Assembly (NCBI RefSeq): GCF_000009705.1
Contig: NC_003272.1
Location: 1,650,001 to 1,682,000 of the forward strand
Direction: 5' to 3'
DNA length: 32,000 nt
From: Nostoc sp. PCC 7120 = FACHB-418
Lineage (GTDB): Bacteria; Cyanobacteriota; Cyanobacteriia; Cyanobacteriales; Nostocaceae
The notes below the pieces were generated by a model. The model had not been told where the DNA came from. It worked only from the letters and a program-made list of their open reading frames with translations, and made no database searches. Position 1 is the first letter of the stretch. Each line of letters begins with the position of its first letter. The position numbers and the translations under genes are program-made. Below, one piece after another: positions 16,532-23,572 of this stretch.

Positions 16532-16898
16532 TCAGCCTTTGATTTAAGTTGAAGCTTCGCCAACGTTTAAACGAAATATACGCACTCTTGCTAAGAAATA
16601 TCGCAGTATTCGGAATGACATACAACCTGTTATCGAACAACTTGAGCAAGGAGAATTGCCAGGAGATCAAATACCTGGGATTGGTTATACAGTCTTCAAG
16701 TTGAGAGTCCGAAATAGTGACACTCAAAAAGGTAAAAGCGGTGGCTATCGTTTAATTTACTACGTCAAAACAGCAACAGGAATCATTTTGCTGACCGTTT
16801 ACACAAAATCTGAACAAGTCGATATTGCCGCAGATGACATTCAGAGCATCATTGCAGACTATGAGCAACGGACGCTTACCGAGCAAGACAATAGCTAG
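16524..16898 (+). pseudogene. RelE/ParE-superfamily toxin gene interrupted by an in-frame TAA at codon 8
   Basis: ATG 16524 reads MLDQPLI, then TAA (16545-16547). The same frame continues VEASPTFKRNIRTLAKKYRSIRNDIQPVIEQLEQGELPGDQIPGIGYTVFKLRVRNSDTQKGKSGGYRLIYYVKTATGIILLTVYTKSEQVDI... The track ORF 16656..16898 (TTG) is only the C-terminal two thirds. Confidence 0.7.
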
Positions 16899-16987
16899 AA
16901 ACGGCTAAAACAGCAGTAGAACGAGCGATAGAGATGGATAAAGCGATCGCCATAACTTGGATAAACCAGCAACTAAAAGCCTTGGAG
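16895..16987 (+). repeat. hsdS-tail repeat, copy B
   Basis: An ungapped alignment with copy A (16155-16245) gives about 70/91 identical positions by hand count. It still reads LETAKTAVERAIEMDKAIAITWINQQLKALEVNRS* without stops. It starts on the toxin stop codon, and its own stop overlaps the Uma2 ATG (ATGA). Confidence 0.65.
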
Positions 16988-16998
16988 GTCAACCGATC

Positions 16999-17580
16999 AT
17001 GATTGCTCAACCTGAGACTAAGCGTTACACCATTGATGAGTATTTAGAACTGGAAATCGCTTCAGAAATACGCAACGAATATTGTGATGGAGAAATTATT
17101 CCTATGACTGGTGGGACACCCAACCACAACGATATTGCTGGAAATTTGTATATTTTGCTGAAATCTGCCCTAAAAAGCAAAAACTACCGGATTTTCTATG
17201 TCGATCAGCGACTCTGGATTCCCGATGCAAATCTCTATACTTACCCTGATGTAATGGTTTTGCCCAAACCCTTAGAACTTCAAACCGGATGCAAAGATAC
17301 TGTGCTAAACCCTTGCTTTATTGCTGAAGTCTTGTCTAAGTCCACCCAAAACTATGACCGTGGTGAGAAATTTGTTGCCTATCGTCAAATTCCTATCTTC
17401 CAAGAATATCTGCTGATTGATCAATACCGGATACACGTTGAGCATCATATTAAAACAGCCCCTAATCAGTGGCTATTTTCAGAATACGACGACCCCACTG
17501 TCACCCTTTCTTTAAGCACCTTTGAGTTGCAAATTCAAATTGCCGAACTTTACGAAAATATCGATTTTTCCAACGTTTGA
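16999..17580 (+). CDS. Uma2-family (DUF820, PD-(D/E)xK-like) endonuclease
   Basis: MIAQPETKRYTIDEYLELEIASEIRNEYCDGEIIPMTGGTPNHNDIAGNLY...YVDQRLWIP...YTYPDVMVL...NPCFIAEVLSKST...YDRGEKFVAYRQIPIFQEYLLIDQ. This is the classic Uma2 pattern, abundant in cyanobacteria. The track start 16957 is a TTG inside repeat copy B; the ATG at 16999 is preferred. Confidence 0.9.
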   Translation: MIAQPETKRYTIDEYLELEIASEIRNEYCDGEIIPMTGGTPNHNDIAGNLYILLKSALKSKNYRIFYVDQRLWIPDANLYTYPDVMVLPKPLELQTGCKDTVLNPCFIAEVLSKSTQNYDRGEKFVAYRQIPIFQEYLLIDQYRIHVEHHIKTAPNQWLFSEYDDPTVTLSLSTFELQIQIAELYENIDFSNV

Positions 17581-17582
17581 GT

Positions 17583-17652
17583 GAAATTGCTAAAACAGGA
17601 GATAGAAACTGATGAAGCAACAGCCACAACTTGGATAAAATAGCCACTTGAC
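17583..17652 (+). repeat. hsdS-tail repeat, copy C (degenerate)
   Basis: GAAATTGCTAAAACAGGAG[11-nt deletion]ATAGAAACTGATGAAGCAACAGCCACAACTTGGATAAAATAGCCACTTGA. It is close to copy A apart from the deletion and a few substitutions, and the frame is destroyed. It begins 3 nt after the Uma2 stop. Confidence 0.65.
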
Positions 17653-17833
17653 TATAGGTGCTACTGAACCAGAAAATTTTTTCTCTTTTATTTTTCCAAA
17701 CACTGCATATCACCCAAAACCTCAACGTGTAACTCAGCAAGGAGTTCAAAAGCTAACGCCGAACTCCCTTACACACTGTGATTCCCTGTCTTGGGTTATC
17801 AGTTGAATTTGCAAAATTACAGGAGAAATAACA

Positions 17834-19582
17834 ATGCCTACATATACTGGTGATAATAACAAAAATATTTTCACAGCACCTAATGACGGTCTAGCCTGGA
17901 CAATCTCCGGCATGGGAGGAGATGACATCCTAACTGGTGGAAGTCAAAATGACACGATTGAAGGTGGCGAAGGTAAAGATACCATCAATGGTGGCGCTGG
18001 TTTTGATATCCTCAAAGGCGGTGATGGTGATGACACCTTGATTGATACTGAGGGTAATATCGATGGCGGTGCAGGTACTGATACTCTCCGGGCAGACTAC
18101 AGCAAGTATGACAATGGTGCTGGTGTTCATGTCGGTTATTTAGGACAAGCTCAGATTTTCAGTCGCCAAACTGGTACTGGCATACTTGGTTACAGCAATA
18201 TTGAAAAGTTTGAGATTACCGGGACAAAATACGCAGATATTCTTCAAGGCGGCGTTGGCAATGACGTTCTCAAAGGTGGAGCCGGCAATGATGAACTGAG
18301 TGGTGGTGCTGGTAATGACACCCTTGATGGTGGCACTGGTTTTGATATCCTCAAAGGTGGTGATGGTGATGATACCTTGATTGATACTGAGGGTAATATC
18401 GATGGCGGTGCAGGTACTGATACTCTCCGGGCAGACTACAGCAGGTATGACAATGGTGCTGGTGTTCACGTCGGTTATTTAGGACAAGCTCAAATTTTCA
18501 GTCGCTTGACTGGTACTGGCATACTTGGTTACAGCAATATTGAAAAGTTTGAGATTACTGGGACAAATTACGCAGATATCCTCCAAGGCGGTAGTGGCAA
18601 TGACATCCTCAAAGGTGGAGCCGGCAATGATGAACTGAGTGGTAAAGGTGGTAACGATACTCTTGATGGTGGCTTTGGCTATGACACCGTTGTTTATGAC
18701 GGTAATTATGCAGATTATGGTATCTCTTTCCTGAGCAATGGTGATTTGCAAGTCATTGACAAGAACCTCACCAATGGAAATGACGGTACTGACACCATCA
18801 GGGGTGTAGAAGTCATCAACTTTAGACAAGGCGGAAGTTATGGAGTGGTCACAGGTACTACAGGTAATGATGTATTGACCGCATCAAATATGTGGTCATT
18901 CGTCTTCGGTGGTGGCGGTAACGACATTATTACTGGTGGGACTGGCAACGATACCTTGGATGGTAGTACTGGCAATGATACGTTGATTGGTGGCGCTGGC
19001 AATGATACGTTGATTGGTGGTGCTGGTGTTGATACTGCCGTTTATGCGGGAAATTATGCAGATTATGGTATCTCTTTCCTGAGCAATGGTGATTTGCAAG
19101 TCATTGACAAGAACCTCACCAATGGAAATGACGGTACTGACATCCTCAAGGGTGTAGAAGTCATCAACTTTACACAAGGCGGAAGTTATGGAGTGGTCAC
19201 AGGTACTACTGGTAATAATGTATTGACCGCATCAAATATGTGGTCATTTGTCTTCGGTGGTAATGGTAACGACACTATTACTGGCGGCACTGGCAATGAT
19301 ACTTTAGTCGGAGGGCTTGGTGCTGATACCCTCACAGGTGGACTTGGGGCTGATAAATTTGTCTTTAACTCTCTTTCTGAAGGAATTGATGTGATCAAAG
19401 ACTTTTCTTGGCAACAAGGAGATAAGATTCAAATTCTCGGCTCTAGTTTTGGTGCAACTTCCACTAGTCAGTTCAGCTTTGACCAGAATACAGGTGGTTT
19501 ATTCTTTAACGCCCAGCAATTTGCCACTCTTGAGAACAAACCTGCTGGTTTCTTGACAAATGCTGACATCCAAATTGTTTAG
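17834..19582 (+). CDS. RTX-type (hemolysin-type) calcium-binding repeat protein; probable type I secretion substrate
   Basis: ATG preceded by AGGAG (17821-17825). Many GGxGxDxL nonapeptide repeats (GGAGNDELSGGAGNDTLDGG). No N-terminal signal peptide. The C-terminal non-repeat tail is DKFVFNSLSEGIDVIKDFSWQQGDKIQIL...GGLFFNAQQFATLEN. Confidence 0.9.
   Translation: MPTYTGDNNKNIFTAPNDGLAWTISGMGGDDILTGGSQNDTIEGGEGKDTINGGAGFDILKGGDGDDTLIDTEGNIDGGAGTDTLRADYSKYDNGAGVHVGYLGQAQIFSRQTGTGILGYSNIEKFEITGTKYADILQGGVGNDVLKGGAGNDELSGGAGNDTLDGGTGFDILKGGDGDDTLIDTEGNIDGGAGTDTLRADYSRYDNGAGVHVGYLGQAQIFSRLTGTGILGYSNIEKFEITGTNYADILQGGSGNDILKGGAGNDELSGKGGNDTLDGGFGYDTVVYDGNYADYGISFLSNGDLQVIDKNLTNGNDGTDTIRGVEVINFRQGGSYGVVTGTTGNDVLTASNMWSFVFGGGGNDIITGGTGNDTLDGSTGNDTLIGGAGNDTLIGGAGVDTAVYAGNYADYGISFLSNGDLQVIDKNLTNGNDGTDILKGVEVINFTQGGSYGVVTGTTGNNVLTASNMWSFVFGGNGNDTITGGTGNDTLVGGLGADTLTGGLGADKFVFNSLSEGIDVIKDFSWQQGDKIQILGSSFGATSTSQFSFDQNTGGLFFNAQQFATLENKPAGFLTNADIQIV
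17990..18667 (+). repeat. Intragenic tandem duplication, 2 x 339 bp (113 aa)
   Basis: GGAGFDILKGGDGDDTLIDTEGNIDGGAGTDTLRADYSKYDNGAGVHVGYLGQAQIFSRQTGTGILGYSNIEKFEITGT... is repeated starting at 18329. I count 8 of 113 amino-acid differences; the nucleotide copies are near-identical over long runs. Confidence 0.9.
18683..19378 (+). repeat. Intragenic tandem duplication, 2 x 348 bp (116 aa)
   Basis: DTVVYDGNYADYGISFLSNGDLQVIDKNLTNGNDGTDTIRGVEVINFRQGGSYGVVTGTTGNDVLTASNMWSFVFGG... is repeated from 19031. The core (18704-18905 versus 19052-19253) is almost identical at the nucleotide level. Confidence 0.9.
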
Positions 19583-19613
19583 AACTTTTTACCCGACTTG
19601 AGATCCCCTCTTT

Positions 19614-19646
19614 AGATCCCCGACTTCTTTGAGAATTCGGGGATCT
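19614..19646. repeat. GATCCCCGACTT-type hairpin (family copy 1) downstream of the RTX gene; possible terminator
   Basis: AGATCCCCGACTTCTTTGAGAATTCGGGGATCT: a 10-bp perfect stem, one mismatch, then 3 more bp. A partial extra arm (CCCGACTTGAGATCCCC) lies at 19592-19608. There is no U-tract. Confidence 0.5.
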
Positions 19647-20067
19647 ATAAACAAAATGAAGAATTTGGTTTTTTAAGTGCCAAAATTATAAGATAGTTAT
19701 AGTGACTGGGGATACAGAAAATTTATTTATAGTCCTGTCTACTGTATATTCCAGGGTAGCTGAGTACAGCTTAATATATCGCAAAATATATGGCTCAAAT
19801 CGTATCAAAGTCTTACATATTAAGTTATTTGTAGCGAGTACAAAAATTCTGAACCCCTCGTCTAAAAATACTAGTCCCCTGCACACAAAATACTAGTACC
19901 TATATCCCAAGAGAATTTTTAAGTTTATTGCAATTCTGGTTTGTAGCGGTTGAGTACAAGCTTAATTAATCCAATAAATCCAATCGGCATTTAATGTACT
20001 GTCTGCTTTGGAGCAATCTGATATAAGCAGAAAAATAACACACGGCTCTTTTAACCAGATAGTACTG

Positions 20068-20820
20068 ATGCAACAGTCCTTAGACGGTATCGAGAATCCA
20101 CCTGATTCGACACATACATCCTTGGTGAAAAATCTACTCTCTGGCATTTTTCTAGAGCCATTGTTGAGTGATTTTCAGATTATTTTTGAACGCGACCCGG
20201 CGGCGCGTAATTGGTTGGAGGTAATATTCTGTTACCCCGGACTGCACGCGATTTGTTTGCACCGTTTTGCTCATTGGTTACACCGCCGTGGGGTGGTTTT
20301 CTTCCCACGTTTAATTTCTCACTTGGCTAGGTTTCTCACAGGAATTGAGATTCACCCAGGTGCAGTGATTGGTAAAGGTGTGTTTATCGACCACGGGATG
20401 GGCGTTGTCATTGGTGAAACGGCGATTGTGGGAGATTATGCCCTAATTTATCAAGGGGTGACTCTGGGCGGTACTGGGAAGGAAAGTGGTAAGCGTCATC
20501 CCACCGTCGGGAATCATGTGGTTGTGGGTTCGGGGGCGAAGGTTTTGGGGAATATTCAAATTGGCGATCGCGCGCGGATTGGCGCAGGTTCGGTTGTGTT
20601 GCGTGATGTTCCCCATGATTGCACAGTTGTGGGCATTCCTGGGCGGATTATCACCCACAAGCCTAAGACTGATCTCTCTCCTCTGGAACACGGAAAGTTA
20701 CCTGATGTGGAAGCAGATGTGATTCGTTCTTTGCTGACACGCATCGAACAACTGGAACAAAAACTGCAAACCCTGACAAATCAGGCAAAGGAACCAGAAC
20801 TGTTGACGAAAGATAAGTAA
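20068..20820 (+). CDS. cysE: Serine O-acetyltransferase
   Basis: [37 protein letters not shown]...[70 protein letters not shown] (hexapeptide repeats). The track start 20008 is TTG; the first ATG is at 20068. Confidence 0.9.
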   Translation: MQQSLDGIENPPDSTHTSLVKNLLSGIFLEPLLSDFQIIFERDPAARNWLEVIFCYPGLHAICLHRFAHWLHRRGVVFFPRLISHLARFLTGIEIHPGAVIGKGVFIDHGMGVVIGETAIVGDYALIYQGVTLGGTGKESGKRHPTVGNHVVVGSGAKVLGNIQIGDRARIGAGSVVLRDVPHDCTVVGIPGRIITHKPKTDLSPLEHGKLPDVEADVIRSLLTRIEQLEQKLQTLTNQAKEPELLTKDK

Positions 20821-20822
20821 TT

Positions 20823-21062
20823 ATGTTACCACCTTGTAGTTCTCAAGTGTTGCAGATACCATTGTGCGATCGCTGGCAGATTTATCACCGATTGCAAGAG
20901 TTGATGATACCCTGTTCCTGTCATGCCGATGGTTCGTTACGGGTGCAAATAAATAGTTGGCTGACTGCAATTTTAGTCCGCAGTACTGTGATGCAATTTC
21001 TAGCTCCTCGTCAAGAATTAATAGACTGGCTAGAGCGTTGCTGGCATTGCAACCATGATTAG
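20823..21062 (+). CDS. Small Cys-containing cyanobacterial protein (Asr1405/Asl0597-family-like)
   Basis: MLPPCSSQVLQIPLCDRWQIYHRLQELMIPCSCHADGSLRVQINSWLTAILVRSTVMQFLAPRQELIDWLERCW matches my recollection of this family. ATG starts 3 nt after the cysE stop. Preferred over the overlapping antisense ORF 20821..21084. Confidence 0.7.
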   Translation: MLPPCSSQVLQIPLCDRWQIYHRLQELMIPCSCHADGSLRVQINSWLTAILVRSTVMQFLAPRQELIDWLERCWHCNHD

Positions 21063-21258
21063 CAAAAGTCATATATTTTTTCATCTATTCTAAAATATTT
21101 AATCAATCGAGTCTCAGGACTAAATTATGATGCAACGATGATTTTTACGAATACACATCAAATAATTGTCCTGAAACCATTGATTATGGAAAAATACAGT
21201 TCACCAAAAACTACAGCTTTATGATTTCCAAAATTTCCTTCATTAGCTATTTGAATAT

Positions 21259-21462
21259 ATGATGATCACCACTGACAGCAAAGATATAGAATTACTCAAT
21301 TTTTTATATAATGAACTTGAGCTATCTGAGAAGGATATGGCTTTGGCATTGAAGCACCGGGAGTTTGATAATGGGCCTCTACCAATGCTCCTCTGGCAAT
21401 ATGGGTTAGTAAACTTAGAGCAGTTAGAGCAAATTCTAGATTGGTTATATAACGAAATTTAG
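21259..21462 (+). CDS. DUF2949-like small cyanobacterial protein
   Basis: LLNFLYNELELSEKDMALALKHREFDNGPLPMLLWQYGLVNLEQLEQILDWLY; the core LPMxLWQYGLVxLEQLxxIxDWL is characteristic of this family. Confidence 0.75.
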   Translation: MMITTDSKDIELLNFLYNELELSEKDMALALKHREFDNGPLPMLLWQYGLVNLEQLEQILDWLYNEI

Positions 21463-21877
21463 ATATATTTTTTCTGGAAAGTAATATATTTATCAACCTT
21501 AAATAGTATTTAATAGTATTTATTTATAAATATAAAGTGGCAGAAAGATTTTTCCAAGATTCAGGAAATATTGTAGATTTTCTGCATACTTGCTAACAAC
21601 TAGGGTGAGCATTCATTAATTATGAAGATTCGCGTACTTTTTCCAAATTTATTCTTAAATGATACATGAATTTAGTTCTCTGTCATACAGATATATTGTT
21701 ATTGTTTAGCTAATATTTAGAAATCATGAAGATGAATTATTAAAGACGAGAGTTTATAGCATTTACCATTCTTCCTGCAAGGTGAAAAACAGGGATTTAT
21801 CACTACTAGTGATTGCAGAAAAACAAACTCTCAACCTAAAAAGAATATTAAGAAAATTCCTAAGAGGGACGCTTGAG

Positions 21878-23011
21878 ATGAATAAAGTTCTCATTAATGA
21901 CACTACATTACGTGATGGCGAACAAGCCGCAGGTGTGGTTTTTACCTTAGAAGAGAAAGTGGCGATCGCTAAATTTCTCGATACCATCGGCGTACCCGAA
22001 TTAGAAGTGGGGATTCCGGCGATGGGTGAGGAAGAAATGCGGGCGATCTGCGCCATTTCTAACTTAGGTTTAAAAGCTAACCTTCTGGCGTGGAACCGCG
22101 CTGTGATCTCAGATATCAAAGCTTCTGTTGCTTGCGGGATGGAGCGAGTGCATATTGCGATCCCCGTTTCGGGGATTCAAATCGCCGCAAAATTCCACGG
22201 ACAATGGCGGGTAAGTCTGCAAAGACTCAAAGATTGTATCAGCTTCGCAGTTGATCAAGGTCTTTGGGTAGCAGTAGGTGGGGAAGATTCCTCTAGGGCT
22301 GATGAAAACTTCCTCTTGGATGTAGCATTATACGCCCAAGAATGGGGTGCATCCCGATTTCGTTTCTGTGACACAGTAGGAGTCCTTGATCCTTTCACCA
22401 CTTACGGGAAAGTTAAGCTACTTGTCTCAGCTTTAACAATTCCTGTAGAAGTCCATACCCACAATGATTTTGGTATGGCGACAGCTAACGCCCTAGCAGG
22501 AATTAAAGCTGGAGCCTCATCTGTCAATACTACCGTGATTGGGTTGGGTGAAAGAGCAGGTAACGCCGCCTTAGAAGAAGTCGTCATGGCTATCAAACGC
22601 ATCTATGGCGTTGATATGGGGATTGACACACCCCGTTTGTTGGAGTTGTCCCAACTGGTAGCAGCAGCCTCCGGTGCTAATGTCCCACCTTGGAAGGCGA
22701 TCGTTGGTGAAAATACCTTTGCTCACGAATCAGGTATTCATGCACATGGTGTACTGCAAAATCCTGATACCTATGAACCATTCGCACCTGAAGAGGTCGG
22801 TTGGGAACGCCGCTTAGTTGTAGGTAAACATTCTGGCAGACATTCAGTCTCCAACTTGCTAGAACAGCATGGTATTTTTTTGAACCCAGAAGAAACCCAG
22901 TCTGTTTTAGATGCAGTGCGCCAACAGTCAATTAAGAAAAAACGCAGTTTGACTACAGAAGAACTGTTGAACTTGGTCAAAGAACAGAGGTATTCTCATG
23001 CAGCGCGATGA
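21878..23011 (+). CDS. nifV: Homocitrate synthase
   Basis: MNKVLINDTTLRDGEQAAGVVFTLEEKVAIAKFLDTIGVPELEVGIPAMGEEE...EVHTHNDFGMATANALAGIKAG...HESGIHAHG (HMGL-like fold), followed by nifZ and nifT. The track start 21782 is GTG and adds 32 non-conserved residues; the ATG at 21878 is preferred. Confidence 0.93.
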   Translation: MNKVLINDTTLRDGEQAAGVVFTLEEKVAIAKFLDTIGVPELEVGIPAMGEEEMRAICAISNLGLKANLLAWNRAVISDIKASVACGMERVHIAIPVSGIQIAAKFHGQWRVSLQRLKDCISFAVDQGLWVAVGGEDSSRADENFLLDVALYAQEWGASRFRFCDTVGVLDPFTTYGKVKLLVSALTIPVEVHTHNDFGMATANALAGIKAGASSVNTTVIGLGERAGNAALEEVVMAIKRIYGVDMGIDTPRLLELSQLVAAASGANVPPWKAIVGENTFAHESGIHAHGVLQNPDTYEPFAPEEVGWERRLVVGKHSGRHSVSNLLEQHGIFLNPEETQSVLDAVRQQSIKKKRSLTTEELLNLVKEQRYSHAAR

Positions 23012-23285
23012 AAACGAGTTAGAGTCAGAACCCGTTTATGAGATTGGCGAAAAAGTCCGGCTTCGTAAACAAATTAAAAATGATGGCACATTTCCAGGCA
23101 GAGACCTTGGGGAAATCTTAGCGAAAAAAGGAGAAATTGGTTACGTATCTAGTATAGGTACTTTCTTACAACGTTCCTATATTTATGCCGTGCATTTCTT
23201 GGAAAAAGGAATCATTGTTGGTTGTCGAGAAAAAGAACTAGAATCTGCCGAGGAAAACCATGAAAGTGATGTTAAGAGTGAATGA
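22998..23285 (+). CDS. nifZ: Nitrogenase maturation protein NifZ
   Basis: PVYEIGEKVRLRKQIKNDGTFPGRDLGEILAKKGEIGYVSSIGTFLQRSYIYAVHF is the NifZ signature. The ATG overlaps the nifV 3' end by 14 nt. Confidence 0.9.
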   Translation: MQRDENELESEPVYEIGEKVRLRKQIKNDGTFPGRDLGEILAKKGEIGYVSSIGTFLQRSYIYAVHFLEKGIIVGCREKELESAEENHESDVKSE

Positions 23286-23463
23286 TGCCGGTAACTTAAC
23301 GGTCTACGTTCCTAAAAAAGATTTAGAAGAAGTAGTAGTCAAACAAACAGATGGTGCTGGAGGTAAAATTCTGACTCTAGCTAATGGTTGGGAATTAGAA
23401 TTTCGGGAAATACCAGATGTAGCTAATTTACCCAAAACATTAGAAGCTAAAAAACTGGAATAA
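23260..23463 (+). CDS. nifT: NifT/FixU protein
   Basis: MKVMLRVNDAGNLTVYVPKKDLEEVVV...GGKILTLANGWELEF is the NifT/FixU pattern. It overlaps the nifZ 3' end by 26 nt. Confidence 0.9.
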   Translation: MKVMLRVNDAGNLTVYVPKKDLEEVVVKQTDGAGGKILTLANGWELEFREIPDVANLPKTLEAKKLE

Positions 23464-23496
23464 ATAATTCGTGATTTTTTCAGCCACATGAAAATC

Positions 23497-23531
23497 TAGA
23501 TTCCCGACTTTTCAAAAAAGTCGGGAATCTA
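23497..23531. repeat. Hairpin of the same family (copy 2) downstream of nifT; possible terminator or stabiliser
   Basis: TAGATTCCCGACTTTT-CAA-AAAAGTCGGGAATCTA: a perfect 16-bp stem with a 3-nt loop, 34 nt after the nifT stop. Confidence 0.55.
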
Positions 23532-23572
23532 TAGCTCAACCCTGCTCGCAATTCTATTTTGAGTAACTAAAA

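Noticed and set aside
16656-16898. 80-aa ORF as an independent gene
   Set aside because: It is the C-terminal part of the RelE/ParE-like frame that starts at ATG 16524 and is interrupted by TAA 16545-16547. The TTG at 16656 is just the first start-like codon after the stop.
16957-16998. TTG-initiated N-terminal extension of the Uma2 gene (MDKPATKSLGGQPI)
   Set aside because: The extension is an out-of-frame reading of hsdS-tail repeat copy B. Uma2 homologues begin close to the conserved YTIDEY motif, which fits ATG 16999.
17501-17928. Minus-strand ORFs 17501..17749 and 17746..17928
   Set aside because: They overlap the Uma2 3' end, repeat copy C and the RTX gene start. There are no motifs, and the starts are alternative codons.
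17930-19398. Five minus-strand ORFs (66-116 aa) opposite the RTX gene, and the thought that the regular repeats might be a CRISPR-like array
   Set aside because: The antisense ORFs repeat because the sense gene is duplicated (the ITITAFEDIKTSATI-type sequences mirror GGxGxD repeats). The repeat units are 339 and 348 bp, contiguous and coding, with no short repeat-spacer architecture.
19756-19957. NtcA-binding sites (GTA-N8-TAC) upstream of cysE
   Set aside because: The two GTA...TAC candidates have spacers of 6 nt (19756-19767) and 9 nt (19943-19957), not the canonical 8 nt.
20821-21084. 87-aa minus-strand ORF
   Set aside because: It fully overlaps the plus-strand 79-aa ORF, which matches a recognisable cyanobacterial family and is co-oriented and tightly spaced with cysE.
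21296-21496. 66-aa minus-strand ORF
   Set aside because: It lies antisense to the DUF2949-like ORF, which carries the conserved LWQYGLV...LEQL...DWL core.
21782-21877. GTG-initiated 32-codon extension of nifV
   Set aside because: The extension (VKNRDLSLLVIAEKQTLNLKRILRKFLRGTLE) is AT-rich, lies outside the conserved homocitrate synthase N-terminus, and contains the 7-1-7 palindrome. ATG 21878 directly precedes the INDTTLRDGEQ motif.
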